A stretch of 64,000 nt of DNA, taken from positions 986-64,985 of the forward strand of contig JAITER010000020.1 in assembly GCA_031281945.1 (NCBI GenBank). Reading direction: 5' to 3'. Both the position numbers and the translations under genes were made by a program. How positions within the stretch are numbered: position 1 is the first letter of the stretch; every line of letters begins with the position of its first letter. The notes beneath the pieces were generated by a model. That model saw only the letters and a list, made by a program, of their open reading frames with translations, did not search any database and was not told where the DNA came from. This document shows positions 37,142 to 47,148 of this stretch, one piece after another. Origin of the DNA: Spirochaetaceae bacterium (GTDB lineage: Bacteria; Spirochaetota; Spirochaetia; Treponematales; Breznakiellaceae).

Positions 37142-37723
37142 TTATAACGCGATCTTCGCGCCTTGCGCACGGTATTGTTTAGAGGGCGAAAGCAACCTGA
37201 AGCGCCACAGGCGTTTGCGGTCTTCTTCCCGCGCGTAGTCTACGCCCACCCGTTCCAGTTCTTCGTATTCTGGGTTCGCCCCGTCGTCTTCAATCCACAG
37301 GCGTTTTGAGGACGTCAAATCTTCGCAATTTAGGCTTTTGTCTATGGCGAGAGCGCGGGTGAGTTTTCCGGGGCCGTCATAGCCTTCGACGCCGCGTATT
37401 AGAACGGCTTGCGGAAAATCTTTTGGGCCGGAAACTACGTTAAACATCCAGTGTACGCCGTAACACAGGTATATGTAGGCGCAACCGCCAGGGTTGTACA
37501 TCACTTTGGTTCGTTCCGTGCGGCCCTTGCTGGCGTGGCAGGCGCTGTCCTGCTCGCCGTAGTAAGCCTCGGTTTCCGTTATGCGGGACCGGACGGCCGC
37601 CGCGCCCTCTTTTTGGCGGCAAATGATTTTTCCTATAAGCCGCGGGGCGAGCGTGGTGGAGGGCGCGCTGTAATCTTCCCAGGAAAGCCGGCGCGGCTCC
37701 GTTAATTTTTTTTTATCCGGCAT
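37142..37723 (-). CDS. DNA-3-methyladenine glycosylase (AAG/Mpg family)
   Basis: 193 aa. TETEAYYGEQDSACHASKGRTERTKVMYNPGGCAYIYLCYGVHWMFNVV is the hallmark AAG-family core. Confidence 0.88.
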   Translation of the reverse strand: MPDKKKLTEPRRLSWEDYSAPSTTLAPRLIGKIICRQKEGAAAVRSRITETEAYYGEQDSACHASKGRTERTKVMYNPGGCAYIYLCYGVHWMFNVVSGPKDFPQAVLIRGVEGYDGPGKLTRALAIDKSLNCEDLTSSKRLWIEDDGANPEYEELERVGVDYAREEDRKRLWRFRLLSPSKQYRAQGAKIAL

Positions 37724-37829
37724 TTCACCCCCTTACAACCGCCCGGTTTTGGCGAACAAGTTCAATAAACCTGTAAATTTTACAGTAAAAGTATTGCTTT
37801 TATAAGTGTTTCCCGCTTGTTTTTGCAGG

Positions 37830-37960
37830 CCGGCGGGGGGTCCGGGGGGCCGCTCGGCCCCCCGGCGGGGTTTTAGGGGCGGCGCCCCTAGGAGAGGGGG
37901 TAGCGTAAGACTTGCCGCGCGGCGGCGAGGCTGGAGCGAGGGGGAGGCTTCCCCCCTTAA
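37830..37960. repeat. Cluster of GC-rich palindromes in the divergent mpg / clpS intergenic region
   Basis: ggggggccgctcggcccccc, aggggcggcgcccct and gggggaggcttcccccc occur in series. The architecture resembles the palindromes in the 26.4-27.0 kb repeat cluster. Confidence 0.6.
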
Positions 37961-38073
37961 CACATACACCGCGTTATTTTCATCACTAAAGCGGTATATC
38001 TAAAAAAGGCTGTTCCAAAACGCGGTTGGTTTTGACGGCCTAAAAAGACTAAAAGCATTATTTGGGGAACAGT

Positions 38074-38409
38074 ATGTGCAAAATGGCGTTTTTTTGGTAT
38101 ATTTTTTGTGTGGATCACTTTTTTGATTTTGCGACGAAAAAAAAGAAAGCCTTAAAGAAGCCCGGCGATTTTTTCGTCGTTTTGTTCAACGATAATTACA
38201 CCCCGATGGATTTCGTAGTCGATGTTTTGGTCGTGATTTTTCATAAAAACAGCGCGGAAGCCACACAGCTTATGCTTGAAATTCACAACAAGGGGAAAGG
38301 GGCCGCCGGGCGTTACACGGAAGACATAGCTTTAACAAAGCGGCGGGAAGTGCTTTGTTTGGCGGCGCAAAACGGTTTTCCGCTAAAATGCGATTTGGAG
38401 AAAGCTTAA
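38074..38409 (+). CDS. clpS: ATP-dependent Clp protease adaptor ClpS
   Basis: The core FFVVLFNDNYTPMDFVVDVLVVIFHKNSAEATQLMLEIHNKGKGAAG is typical ClpS. The start is uncertain (ATG 38074 or 38083, TTG 38062). The stop overlaps the clpA start (TAATG). Confidence 0.85.
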   Translation: MCKMAFFWYIFCVDHFFDFATKKKKALKKPGDFFVVLFNDNYTPMDFVVDVLVVIFHKNSAEATQLMLEIHNKGKGAAGRYTEDIALTKRREVLCLAAQNGFPLKCDLEKA

Positions 38410-40847
38410 TGGAATTGACCAAGCAGGCGCAGAATATTATTCACACCGCGTATACAGAGGCGAGAATGCGCAAACACGAGTATATCTTGCCGGAACATCT
38501 GTTGTACGCCGCTTTAAATTTTGACGAAATTCAAAATCTTTTGACTTTTTGCGGCGCGGATTTAACTTTTATCAGGTCTAACATTGAAAGGTTTTTTACC
38601 GAAAAGGTTCCGGTTTTTGAATGCGAGCCCAAACAGACGGAAAAGTTTCAGAGCATAATAAACAACGCCGTTTACAAAGTTAATAACGGGCAAAAAGAAA
38701 GGCTGGATGTTTCGGATATAATCGTGTCGCTTTATGACGCGAAACAAAATTTTTGCGGGTTTTTTATGCAAGAATCCGGCCTGGACAGGGATAAACTGCT
38801 TCAGGCTTTGTATCGCGGTTATGAGGGCGAAGACGACAAGTCGCAGAAATTTTTTAGGGAAGGCAGGCAGAACGGGGCGGCGGGCGCCGGCGCTATGGAG
38901 ACGGACGGCGCGGCCGGAAGCCAGAGCGCCGGGCGGGAAAAACGCAGCGCTTTGGAAAGGTACGCCTTGGAGCTTGTTTCCATCGCTAAAGAAGGCGCTT
39001 TGGAGCCTGTGATAGGGCGCGAAAAAGAAATTGAACGCACTATACAGGTGCTTTGCCGGCGCCTTAAAAACAACCCGATTCATGTGGGGGATTCCGGAGT
39101 TGGAAAAACGGCTGTTACGGAAGGTATAGCCCAGCGCATAGCGGATGGAAACGTGCCGCCGGTTTTAAAGGGCTTTAGCGTTTATTCGCTGGATATGGGC
39201 GCTCTTTTGGCGGGAACCCGGTACAGAGGCGATTTTGAGGATCGCGTTAAAAAAATAGTTGAGGAAATTCAAAAAAAACAAAAGGCGATATTGTTTATCG
39301 ATGAAATACACACCCTGGTTGGAGCCGGTTCGGCTTCAGGCGGCGCGTTGGACGCTTCAAATATGCTTAAACCGGCGCTGGCCTCCGGAAAATTGCGGTG
39401 TATAGGCTCCACAACCCACGAGGAATACAAAAAATATTTTGTCAAAGACCAGGCGCTTTCCAGAAGATTTCAAAAAATTGATATTGACGAGCCGAGCGAA
39501 GAAGATTCGATTAAAATACTAAACGGCATAAAACCAAAATACGAAGAATATCATCATGTGCGGTATACGGACGACGCCGTAAACGCCGCCGTGCGCCTTT
39601 CCGCCCAGTACATAACGGAACGCCGCCTGCCGGACAAAGCGATAGACGTTTTGGACGAAGCGGGAGCTTACGCCCATATTTGCGCCTGGAAAACTGCCGG
39701 CGCCGCCGGTTCCAGTGAAGACGCTGGCGGCGGGCGTGTGGAAAACGGCGCGGCGGCGGGCGGGGAAGGCGTTTTTAAAAACGCGGTGGAAGGCGCCGCC
39801 AAGACGCAGCAAAAAGCGGAAATGCTGGAAATAGGTTTGCCGCAGATAGAAACCGTAGTCGCCCGCATAGCCAAGATCCCTGAGAAATCCGTGGGCGGGG
39901 ACGAAAAAGACAGGCTGCGCGTTTTGGAGGCCGGCCTAAAAAAGAGCGTTTTTGGGCAGGATGAGGCCGTCAAAGCGGTGGTAAGAGCCGTAAAACGTTC
40001 CAGGGCGGGCTTCCGCTCGCCGCAAAAGACAGTCGCTAACTTTTTGTTCGCCGGGCCTACCGGGGTGGGCAAGACGGAGCTTGCGAAAAACCTGGCCTCT
40101 CTTTTAGGGCTTTCCCTCCATCGTTTTGACATGAGCGAGTACCAGGAAAAACATTCGGTTTCGCGGCTTATAGGCTCCCCGCCCGGCTATGTAGGTTACG
40201 AAGAAGGCGGTTTGTTAACGGACGCCGTTAGAAAACAGCCGCATTGCGTTCTTTTGCTGGACGAAATTGAAAAAGCGCACGTTGATATTTACAACATCCT
40301 GTTGCAGGTTATGGATTACGCGACACTTACCGACAACAACGGGCGCAAGGCGGATTTCCGCAACGTTTTTTTAATTATGACAAGCAACGCCGGAGCGCGG
40401 GAAATAGGCAAAAATCTTATAGGTTTTGGCGAAAGAACCCTTGAACAGGACGGCGCCGTAACTGAAGCCGTGGAAAAAATATTCACCCCGGAGTTTCGAA
40501 ACCGCCTGGACGCCGTGGTTAAGTTTAACCGGCTTTCGCGGGACGTTATGCTTTCCATCGCGGGTAAAGAAATTTCGGAATTTGCGGCGCAGTTGATGGA
40601 AAAAGGCGTGTTTTTGACTGTAACGGACGCCTGCCGCGAGCAGATAGCCCGCGAAGGCTATTCCCTGGAGTTTGGGGCGAGGAACGTTGGGCGCGTTATA
40701 GAAGAAAAAATAAAATCATTTTTTGTGGACGAAGTTTTATTCGGCTCTTTAAGTTCCGGCGGGAACGCCGTGGTTGACTGGGACGGCGAATACCGTTTTT
40801 CCGTGAAAAGCCCGGAAAAATCCCTTTTGGAAGAACTGGATTCTTGA
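38409..40847 (+). CDS. clpA: ATP-dependent Clp protease ATP-binding subunit ClpA
   Basis: Clp N-domain. Two AAA+ modules are present (GDSGVGKT ... ILFIDEIH; [12 protein letters not shown] ... [11 protein letters not shown]). It lacks the ClpB-type middle domain. The ATG at 38409 gives [15 protein letters not shown]. Confidence 0.93.
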   Translation: MELTKQAQNIIHTAYTEARMRKHEYILPEHLLYAALNFDEIQNLLTFCGADLTFIRSNIERFFTEKVPVFECEPKQTEKFQSIINNAVYKVNNGQKERLDVSDIIVSLYDAKQNFCGFFMQESGLDRDKLLQALYRGYEGEDDKSQKFFREGRQNGAAGAGAMETDGAAGSQSAGREKRSALERYALELVSIAKEGALEPVIGREKEIERTIQVLCRRLKNNPIHVGDSGVGKTAVTEGIAQRIADGNVPPVLKGFSVYSLDMGALLAGTRYRGDFEDRVKKIVEEIQKKQKAILFIDEIHTLVGAGSASGGALDASNMLKPALASGKLRCIGSTTHEEYKKYFVKDQALSRRFQKIDIDEPSEEDSIKILNGIKPKYEEYHHVRYTDDAVNAAVRLSAQYITERRLPDKAIDVLDEAGAYAHICAWKTAGAAGSSEDAGGGRVENGAAAGGEGVFKNAVEGAAKTQQKAEMLEIGLPQIETVVARIAKIPEKSVGGDEKDRLRVLEAGLKKSVFGQDEAVKAVVRAVKRSRAGFRSPQKTVANFLFAGPTGVGKTELAKNLASLLGLSLHRFDMSEYQEKHSVSRLIGSPPGYVGYEEGGLLTDAVRKQPHCVLLLDEIEKAHVDIYNILLQVMDYATLTDNNGRKADFRNVFLIMTSNAGAREIGKNLIGFGERTLEQDGAVTEAVEKIFTPEFRNRLDAVVKFNRLSRDVMLSIAGKEISEFAAQLMEKGVFLTVTDACREQIAREGYSLEFGARNVGRVIEEKIKSFFVDEVLFGSLSSGGNAVVDWDGEYRFSVKSPEKSLLEELDS

Positions 40848-40973
40848 TCCTCGCGCTTTAAAGCCGGGTTTTTAAACCGCCAGCCTTAAATTTTAGGACG
40901 GGCGCCCAAAAGCCGGCCTTGCGGAAAGACGCCTTCGTTTTAAACAGAAAGTAAATAAATGTAAGGGACGTGT

Positions 40974-41633
40974 ATGCTTTTTGGAATTCCAGGGCGCGTT
41001 AAACGGTTCGTGTTTCTTGCGGCGCGTTTTCCGCAGGTTTTTACGAAAGTGGAGCGTATAGAAAACGCCCTGATACATCAACACGCGGCGGTTAGCGGGG
41101 CGGCGGCTGTTACTGTAGAGCGCGGCGGGGCGCGGATTGATTTTTTTAGTTCAGCCTTTCCAAAAAACGTCCCGTTAAATATAAAAAAAATGGACGCGCA
41201 TAAAGTTTTATACAAAAATACGGAAACTCTTACACATAAAAATATTGACGAATTACGGGCGGGGGGGGGGGGGGGCTGTTCCCTTATCGTTGTAGGCGGC
41301 CCGTTTGGCGGCCCCCGGTATTCACGTTCTTTAATTATACATATTGTAAAATGCGGCGTTCCAAAACAGTTTTGTATATTTTTGGATGATGCGGAGAGGC
41401 GCGGCGAAAAAGAGACTATCGCCGAAATTTGCGAGGCGCTGGAATGCGCGGGCGTAAATTTTCTAAAAGCTGAATACAAGGGCGAAAAAAAACAGGCGTA
41501 CGGTTATTTGCTCCCAAGACCTGCGGTTTTTAACGCCGCTCCGTTAGCCGCCGGCAAGCGCCGGCGTTATAAAAAATGTAAATTATTCTTATTCTTATAT
41601 GCGGGCCCGGCTTGCGGCGCAAGTAATTTTTGA
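40974..41633 (+). CDS. Hypothetical protein with an internal poly-G tract
   Basis: 219-codon open frame. AAGGGA lies 6 nt before ATG 40974, and an alternative ATG is at 41190. G15 at 41261-41275 encodes AGGGGG. I recognise no family. It sits immediately upstream of the GT8-like gene. Confidence 0.35.
   Translation: MLFGIPGRVKRFVFLAARFPQVFTKVERIENALIHQHAAVSGAAAVTVERGGARIDFFSSAFPKNVPLNIKKMDAHKVLYKNTETLTHKNIDELRAGGGGGCSLIVVGGPFGGPRYSRSLIIHIVKCGVPKQFCIFLDDAERRGEKETIAEICEALECAGVNFLKAEYKGEKKQAYGYLLPRPAVFNAAPLAAGKRRRYKKCKLFLFLYAGPACGASNF
41261..41275 (+). repeat. Poly-G homopolymer (15 nt) inside ORF 40974-41633
   Basis: Counted directly: G at 41261-41275, flanked by c at 41260 and c at 41276. Confidence 0.97.
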
Positions 41634-41654
41634 CGGATTAAAGGAGCGTGATTT

Positions 41655-42458
41655 ATGGCTTTTAAGTATTTATATGTGCTGGTGAGCGCGGATGCGGATT
41701 TTTATTACGAGCAATTTTACATCTCCGCATTTTCGCTTAAAATGAGGGTTCCGGGGGCCTTTGTTTCGGTTTTAACGGACGACTCTACGGCCCCCCGTTT
41801 GAGCGAACTCCGTGTTGCGGGGGGGGGGGGGGGCGATCCTTTAATAGACGAAATAGTCGTTCCAGACATACCGGCGGACGTTCCGCAAATGATTAGATCG
41901 CGTTTTTTGAAGACGTCCATGCGCAAACATATAGCGGGCGATTTTTTGTATATAGACGCTGATACAGTTGTGGCGGAAGATTTGTCGTGTATAGAGGATA
42001 TAAACGCGGATTTGGCGATGGCTTTGGATATGCACGGCGCGGACGACGAAAAGTGGCTTATAAACGTGAATGAAAAAAAGTATTCGTTTTATAATTCTTT
42101 GGAAGCTCCGCTTGGCGAGTATTATAACAGCGGCGTTATATTGTGCCGGGACGTCCCGCGAAATCATGTTTTTTTTAAAGACTGGCACAAAAACTGGCTG
42201 GACTCTGTTTCCATGGGTGTGCCTATTGATCAGCCTTCTTTGCACAAAACAAACGCCGGCGCCGGGTTCGTTATTAAAGAATTGGACGGAATATGGAACT
42301 GCCAAATAAAAAGATCCCACATTTTAGCGTATCTGGCCGCCGCTAAAATAATTCATTATTTTGGAAGCTGGGGGGGGGGTTTCCGTTGTATAAACTGGCT
42401 TCGGAAGAAAATTTTAACTTCGTTAAAAAAACAAACTCGCTCTCCGCCGAATGTTTAA
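41655..42458 (+). CDS. GT8-like glycosyltransferase (nucleotide-diphospho-sugar transferase fold), phase-variable
   Basis: SD AAGGAG lies 8 nt upstream. YVLVSADADFYY, a DxD motif in FLYIDADTVV and YNSGVILCRD resemble LPS/LOS GT8 enzymes. It contains G15 (in frame) and G10 near the 3' end. At G10 the frame ends at 42458. At G11 it would continue to 42673. Confidence 0.75.
   Translation: MAFKYLYVLVSADADFYYEQFYISAFSLKMRVPGAFVSVLTDDSTAPRLSELRVAGGGGGDPLIDEIVVPDIPADVPQMIRSRFLKTSMRKHIAGDFLYIDADTVVAEDLSCIEDINADLAMALDMHGADDEKWLINVNEKKYSFYNSLEAPLGEYYNSGVILCRDVPRNHVFFKDWHKNWLDSVSMGVPIDQPSLHKTNAGAGFVIKELDGIWNCQIKRSHILAYLAAAKIIHYFGSWGGGFRCINWLRKKILTSLKKQTRSPPNV
41819..41833 (+). repeat. Poly-G homopolymer (15 nt) in the 5' third of the GT8-like gene
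   Basis: Counted directly: G at 41819-41833. It is read as GCG GGG GGG GGG GGG GGC (AGGGGG). Confidence 0.97.
42370..42379 (+). repeat. Poly-G homopolymer (10 nt) near the 3' end of the GT8-like gene
   Basis: Counted directly: G at 42370-42379. Confidence 0.97.
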
Positions 42459-42720
42459 AACTGCTGGAAGAACCTAAAAGAGCTTTTGCGGACGTTATGG
42501 TTTTCCCTGTGGAAAAGACAAAGCGCGAAAGAAAAAAAAAGGAAAAAATTTTAATGTTATGCCTAAAGAGTATAATGCCCCACGGTCTTTATCTTTTGTA
42601 TGTGAATATAATGGAAAACATAAGAGATAAAGCAAGGACTAAAAAAACGATTGAGAGCTTGGGGGCGCGATAAAAGCGCCCGTTGCATTACGCCGGCAAG
42701 CGCCGGAACCCACGATGAAA

Positions 42721-44688
42721 TCAACCGCCCGGCTTTATCCACCAGGAGTCGCGGCCTATGGCGTATCTGGGCGGCGCCGCCGGTTTTTCAAACTTGTTTT
42801 TGTAGGCTATGCGGAACTTGGCTATGTGCCATTGCGGAATAGCGTAAAAATTCCAGGTAAGAACCCTGTCCAAAGCGCGGCCCAGCGCAAGGAGCCGCTC
42901 GCCGTCTTCCTGGGAAAGCGCTATTTGCTCGCACAGGTAATCTACGGCCTCATCGGAGACGCCGGCTGTGTTCCATGTGGAATCTATGTATTTGGAATGC
43001 CATAAAATCAACACGTCGGAAGAAGGGTAGGGCATGGCGGGCGCGGCGGATGAAATCATATCAAAGTCGCGGGAACGCAGACGGTTTATAAATTGACTTG
43101 TATCCACAAGCCGTATATTCATTGTAATCCCGAATTTTTCCATGTTGCGCCGCAAAGGAACCGCGATTCGCTCGGAAGATACGTCGTATATCAGCAGTTC
43201 GAATATAAACGGCTCGCCTTTTTCGTTTACAAGGCGCCCGTTTTTTAAATTCCAGCCCGCCTGTGAAAAAAACTTTAACGCAAGCCGCGCCTGGTCGCGT
43301 ATATATCCGCCGCCGTCTGTTTCCGGCGGGTTGTATTCGCTTGTAAACACTTCGTCCGGCGCCTTGCCGCGCAGAACCTCCAGCTCCCGCAACTCCGAAG
43401 CTGAAGGAAGGCCGGACGCCTCATACTCCGTGTTTTGAAAATAACTGCGCGTCCTTTTATACTGCCCGTAGAAAAGGTTTTTGTTCATCCAATTAAAATC
43501 TAGAAAATAATTCAAAGCCCGCCGCACGCGCCTGTCGGAAAAAATAGGACGCTGTGTGTTGAAAACGAAACCTTGCATGGGTTGCGCAATTTGGTTCGGC
43601 TGTTCTTCCCGCACTATGGCGCCGTTTTTAAACGCCGCGCCCGTGTAGCCGAGAGCCCAGTTTGAAGCTGAGTTTTCTTCCCTAAAATCGTATTCCCCGG
43701 CCTTAAACGCCTCAAAAGCGACGTTCGCGTCCCGGTAGTAGTCGTAACGGATGGAATCAAAATTAAACAGCCCTTTGTTAACCGGCAAATCAGCCGCCCA
43801 GTAGTCCTTTATTCGCGAAAGTTTTACATACTGGCCCATGCGGTAATCCGTTATGCGATACGGCCCGGTTCCCACGGGAGGCGTTGAAAGCGGCTGGGAA
43901 AAATCATGCAACATAACGCCGTTTTCGTCCTGCCAAAAACGCTTGGGAAAAATGGTGAACGAAGCGACCGACAGCATTTTTTCTTTGTCGCCTCCGCCTT
44001 TTAAATCAAAACGGACGCGGCTTTTGGAGAGAACGGTCGCGGTTACATTGGAATAATACGCCTTAAACTGCGGAACGCCGTGTTCAAATATAACCTGAAA
44101 TGAAAAAGCGGCGTCCTCCGCATCTATCTTTTCACCTTCCTGGTCTTTCGCGTCCGGGTTTATGTTAAAAATGATGTACGAATAATCAGAAGCGTATTCA
44201 ACGCTTTCGGCTATAAGCGGATGCAACGCGTCCGTTTCATCGTCCGAGCCTTTCATCAGCGTGTCATAAAAATATTCGCTTCCGGCTGAACAATTTCCGC
44301 GTAGCGCGTAACGGTTAAAGTTGTCGAAAGTCCCAAGCGAATAAAGCGTAATGTCTCCGCCTTTGGGAGCGTTTGGGTTTACATAGTTAAAATGGGTGAA
44401 GCCTTCTTTGTAAACCGGCTCGCCGCGCAAGACTAAACTTTTGGCGTAAATAACGGATGCGGCCTCTTTTTTTTCTTGCGGAAATGTTTGGTAGGATACG
44501 AAAATTAGCGCTAAAACAAAAATAACGGCGGCCTCGGCTGGCGTTTTGCGGCGCCCGGATTCTCGGGCGCGACCGGGCGGGAGAGGCGGCGAATGGTTTG
44601 ACTCCCCGCAACTTGCCGCGTAAGCCGCCTGCGTCGGCTGGCGAGGGGTTCGCCGCGCGGCGCCGGCGCGATTTATTGACAAAAACAT
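42721..44688 (-). CDS. ABC transporter substrate-binding protein, family 5 (peptide/opine type, YejA-like)
   Basis: 655 aa. The length and motifs (FNYVNPNAPKGGDITL, GTGPYRITDY, WHIAKFRIAY) fit YejA/OppA-type binding proteins. Hydrophobic signal AAVIFVLALIFVSY follows a long basic N-region. No permease or ATPase gene is adjacent. Confidence 0.8.
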   Translation of the reverse strand: MFLSINRAGAARRTPRQPTQAAYAASCGESNHSPPLPPGRARESGRRKTPAEAAVIFVLALIFVSYQTFPQEKKEAASVIYAKSLVLRGEPVYKEGFTHFNYVNPNAPKGGDITLYSLGTFDNFNRYALRGNCSAGSEYFYDTLMKGSDDETDALHPLIAESVEYASDYSYIIFNINPDAKDQEGEKIDAEDAAFSFQVIFEHGVPQFKAYYSNVTATVLSKSRVRFDLKGGGDKEKMLSVASFTIFPKRFWQDENGVMLHDFSQPLSTPPVGTGPYRITDYRMGQYVKLSRIKDYWAADLPVNKGLFNFDSIRYDYYRDANVAFEAFKAGEYDFREENSASNWALGYTGAAFKNGAIVREEQPNQIAQPMQGFVFNTQRPIFSDRRVRRALNYFLDFNWMNKNLFYGQYKRTRSYFQNTEYEASGLPSASELRELEVLRGKAPDEVFTSEYNPPETDGGGYIRDQARLALKFFSQAGWNLKNGRLVNEKGEPFIFELLIYDVSSERIAVPLRRNMEKFGITMNIRLVDTSQFINRLRSRDFDMISSAAPAMPYPSSDVLILWHSKYIDSTWNTAGVSDEAVDYLCEQIALSQEDGERLLALGRALDRVLTWNFYAIPQWHIAKFRIAYKNKFEKPAAPPRYAIGRDSWWIKPGG

Positions 44689-44888
44689 ATATCAAATTAT
44701 AGGGCGCCGCCGTTAAGCCGCATAGCGGTTGTAAAAAACCGTTTGCGGCTCTTAACGGGCGCTGGAAAAGGGATGCGTCATTTTAGATGCAAAAAACACG
44801 GCCTTTTCGCGCGGGCGGGAAAGCTGCAAAAACTGAAATTTGACGGCTGAGGCGGTCAAACGCCGCCTTTTCTTTTAAATATAAGGTT

Positions 44889-44918
44889 GTTGTTCCAAAA
44901 TTGAAGTTTTGAAACAAC
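44889..44918 (+). repeat. Family-1 intergenic hairpin repeat copy
   Basis: gttgttccaaaat-tgaa-gttttgaaacaac lies immediately beyond the selB stop codon. Confidence 0.7.
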
Positions 44919-44928
44919 TTGGGTCTTC

Positions 44929-46917
44929 TTAATTCATGTTTTTTAGCAGTATGCGTTTATCGCCGGTTCTTTTTGTAACCCCCTGCGCGTCAAAAAAATC
45001 CAGTATGGCCACGCTGTGTTTTCTGTTGATTCCAGCCGCGGAGCGCAGAGACGCCGCCGTAACGGCGCCTTCCGTTTTTTCCAGCGACGCCATCAGTTTA
45101 ACCGCTTCTTCCCGGACGCGGGGCGGGAAAAGCGCGCCGCCTTCCAGCGTTTTTAAATTTAGATTTTCGTGTAAATAGTCCAGCGCGCTTTTAATTTGCG
45201 CCGGCGAAACGGAAACGCCCGCTTCGCTTAGTTTTTCCCGCAGGTCGTCCGCTTTTAAAAAATTAAAACCGGCTTTTTCGCAGGCGTTTTGTATAAATTC
45301 TACAATAAACATAAATTTTTTATCTATGTGCGGCGTAAAACCGGCCGCCCTGTAACAGGTTTTTCCCCGCGCTTCCACTTCTTCCAGGCCGCCTGAGGCC
45401 GCTATTGTGTGCAATAAGTCTTTAAAATCCGGCGCGGCGGCCTTCTCCGCCCCGCGCCCTTCGTAAACTTTCGCGTATAACTTTTCGCCTTCCGCGCCGG
45501 CGGCTTCGGGGTTTTTTTTGTGAAATTCCAGCAAAAAGCCCCGCAGGGAAGACGTTATTCTTTCAAGTTCGTCTTTGCATATAAAATTGCGCCCCGCGCC
45601 AAAGGCCGTAATCCCGTAAAAATTCAAATTCGCGCGCAACGCTTTTAGGCCCGCTTCGAAAGCGCCTTCCTCCATTTGAGAGAGCTTGAACAAAACGGCT
45701 GAGTTTAACGCGCCCCTGTCGTGTATAATCGCCGCAAGCAGGGCTTGGGGGCTGGAGTCGCGGGCGAGTTTTTCCGTTATTCCGGCCTTTTTTTTCCGCG
45801 AAACGCGGCCTTTGGCGGCGACCGCGTTTGGCAAAAGAATTCGCCCACCGCCTATGGTGGCCGGAGGGCTGTAAAAACGTATTACAAAATGCTGGCCCGC
45901 CTGAGCTACGGCGTCTTCTTCCAGCAAAAGTTGCGCCGGCGCTTCTTCGCCCGGGGCTATAACGGCGTTTTTTTTGCCGTCTTCCATTTTTAGCAAAGAG
46001 ACCCTCGCGTTAATTTCAGCCGTTCCCGCGTAAAGGTGAACCCTCTGCCAGTGGGCTACGCCTTTTGGCGCTTGAGCCAGCGCCCTGAGGCTCACATTCA
46101 TGCAACGCGACGGGGTAAAGGCGCCCCTGGCGCATACGGCGCCGCCTCTTTTTATTTGGGAAACAGAAACCCCGGAAAGATTAACCGCCGCCCTCTGGCC
46201 CGCCGACACCGTTTTAACCTCCGCGCCGTGCGTTTGCAAAGAACGCGCTTTCGCCGCTATTCCCGCGCACATAATTTCCACCTCGCCGCCGGATGCGAGT
46301 TTCCCCGCGTAACAGGTTCCGGTCGCAACGGCGCCCAGGCCTTTTTTGGCAAAAACCCTGTCTATGGGCATAAAAAAAGGGCCTTCGGCTTTTCGCGGCG
46401 GAAATCCGGCGGTTAATTCTTCCATTTTGCGAAGTAAAAGTTGAATTCCCTCGCCGCTAACCGCAGACGCCGGAATTATTGAAGAACCTTCAAGGCAGGA
46501 GCCGCGTATTATTTCGGAGGCTTCTTCCAGCGCCAGGCTTAGTGTTTCCGCATCTACCAAATCTGTTTTTGTAACCACCGCAACGCCGGCCCTCACTCCA
46601 AGCAGGCCAAGCACGTCCAAATGTTCCCTGGTTTGCGGCATGACGCCTTCGGTGGCCGCTATCACCAAAATCGCCGCGTCCACGCCGCAGGCCCCAGCCG
46701 CCATCCGCCGTATAAAACGCTCGTGGCCTGGAACGTCCACTATGCTCACGGTTTTTCCGCAGGGCAAAGTTAACGGCGCAAAACCCAGTTCTATCGTTAT
46801 GCCCCGCCTTTTTTCTTCTTCCAGGCGGTCGCAGTCTATTCCCGTCAAAGCCCGTACAAGGGCCGTTTTGCCGTGGTCTATATGCCCGGCGGTTCCAAAT
46901 ACAAACGGATGCTCCAT
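44929..46917 (-). CDS. selB: Selenocysteine-specific translation elongation factor
   Basis: GTPase N-terminus FGTAGHIDHGKTALVRALTGIDCDRLEEEKRRGITIELGF, plus a long winged-helix C-terminal extension. ATG 46917 is preceded by GAGGG; the ORF-track TTG at 46962 is less likely. Confidence 0.9.
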   Translation of the reverse strand: MEHPFVFGTAGHIDHGKTALVRALTGIDCDRLEEEKRRGITIELGFAPLTLPCGKTVSIVDVPGHERFIRRMAAGACGVDAAILVIAATEGVMPQTREHLDVLGLLGVRAGVAVVTKTDLVDAETLSLALEEASEIIRGSCLEGSSIIPASAVSGEGIQLLLRKMEELTAGFPPRKAEGPFFMPIDRVFAKKGLGAVATGTCYAGKLASGGEVEIMCAGIAAKARSLQTHGAEVKTVSAGQRAAVNLSGVSVSQIKRGGAVCARGAFTPSRCMNVSLRALAQAPKGVAHWQRVHLYAGTAEINARVSLLKMEDGKKNAVIAPGEEAPAQLLLEEDAVAQAGQHFVIRFYSPPATIGGGRILLPNAVAAKGRVSRKKKAGITEKLARDSSPQALLAAIIHDRGALNSAVLFKLSQMEEGAFEAGLKALRANLNFYGITAFGAGRNFICKDELERITSSLRGFLLEFHKKNPEAAGAEGEKLYAKVYEGRGAEKAAAPDFKDLLHTIAASGGLEEVEARGKTCYRAAGFTPHIDKKFMFIVEFIQNACEKAGFNFLKADDLREKLSEAGVSVSPAQIKSALDYLHENLNLKTLEGGALFPPRVREEAVKLMASLEKTEGAVTAASLRSAAGINRKHSVAILDFFDAQGVTKRTGDKRILLKNMN

Positions 46918-47148
46918 AAAACCCTCAAAATCTGTTTTAACAGGGCGCATTTTGAATTTCAAGACGAGCCCAAATTCATCTTAAAAATTATCCCGGTTAA
47001 TAAAGCGGATTCGCGGCTTTCTTGTCCGGGCGCCAAAGCTGGCGGGCTTGGCTGGAGCGCCTTTTCGCCTGAAGCCGGCGGCCGTTGCAAACGCCAGGCG
47101 TTTTGCGGGTCCCAAAGCGCCAGGCAAGGTTGGCGAAACAAGCCGGCG

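Noticed and set aside
42386-42673. ORF 42386-42673 as an independent 95-aa gene.
   Set aside because: It starts at a TTG 7 nt after the G10 tract with no SD. It reads as a natural continuation of the GT8-like protein in the +1 frame. I interpret it as the alternative C-terminus reached by tract-length change.
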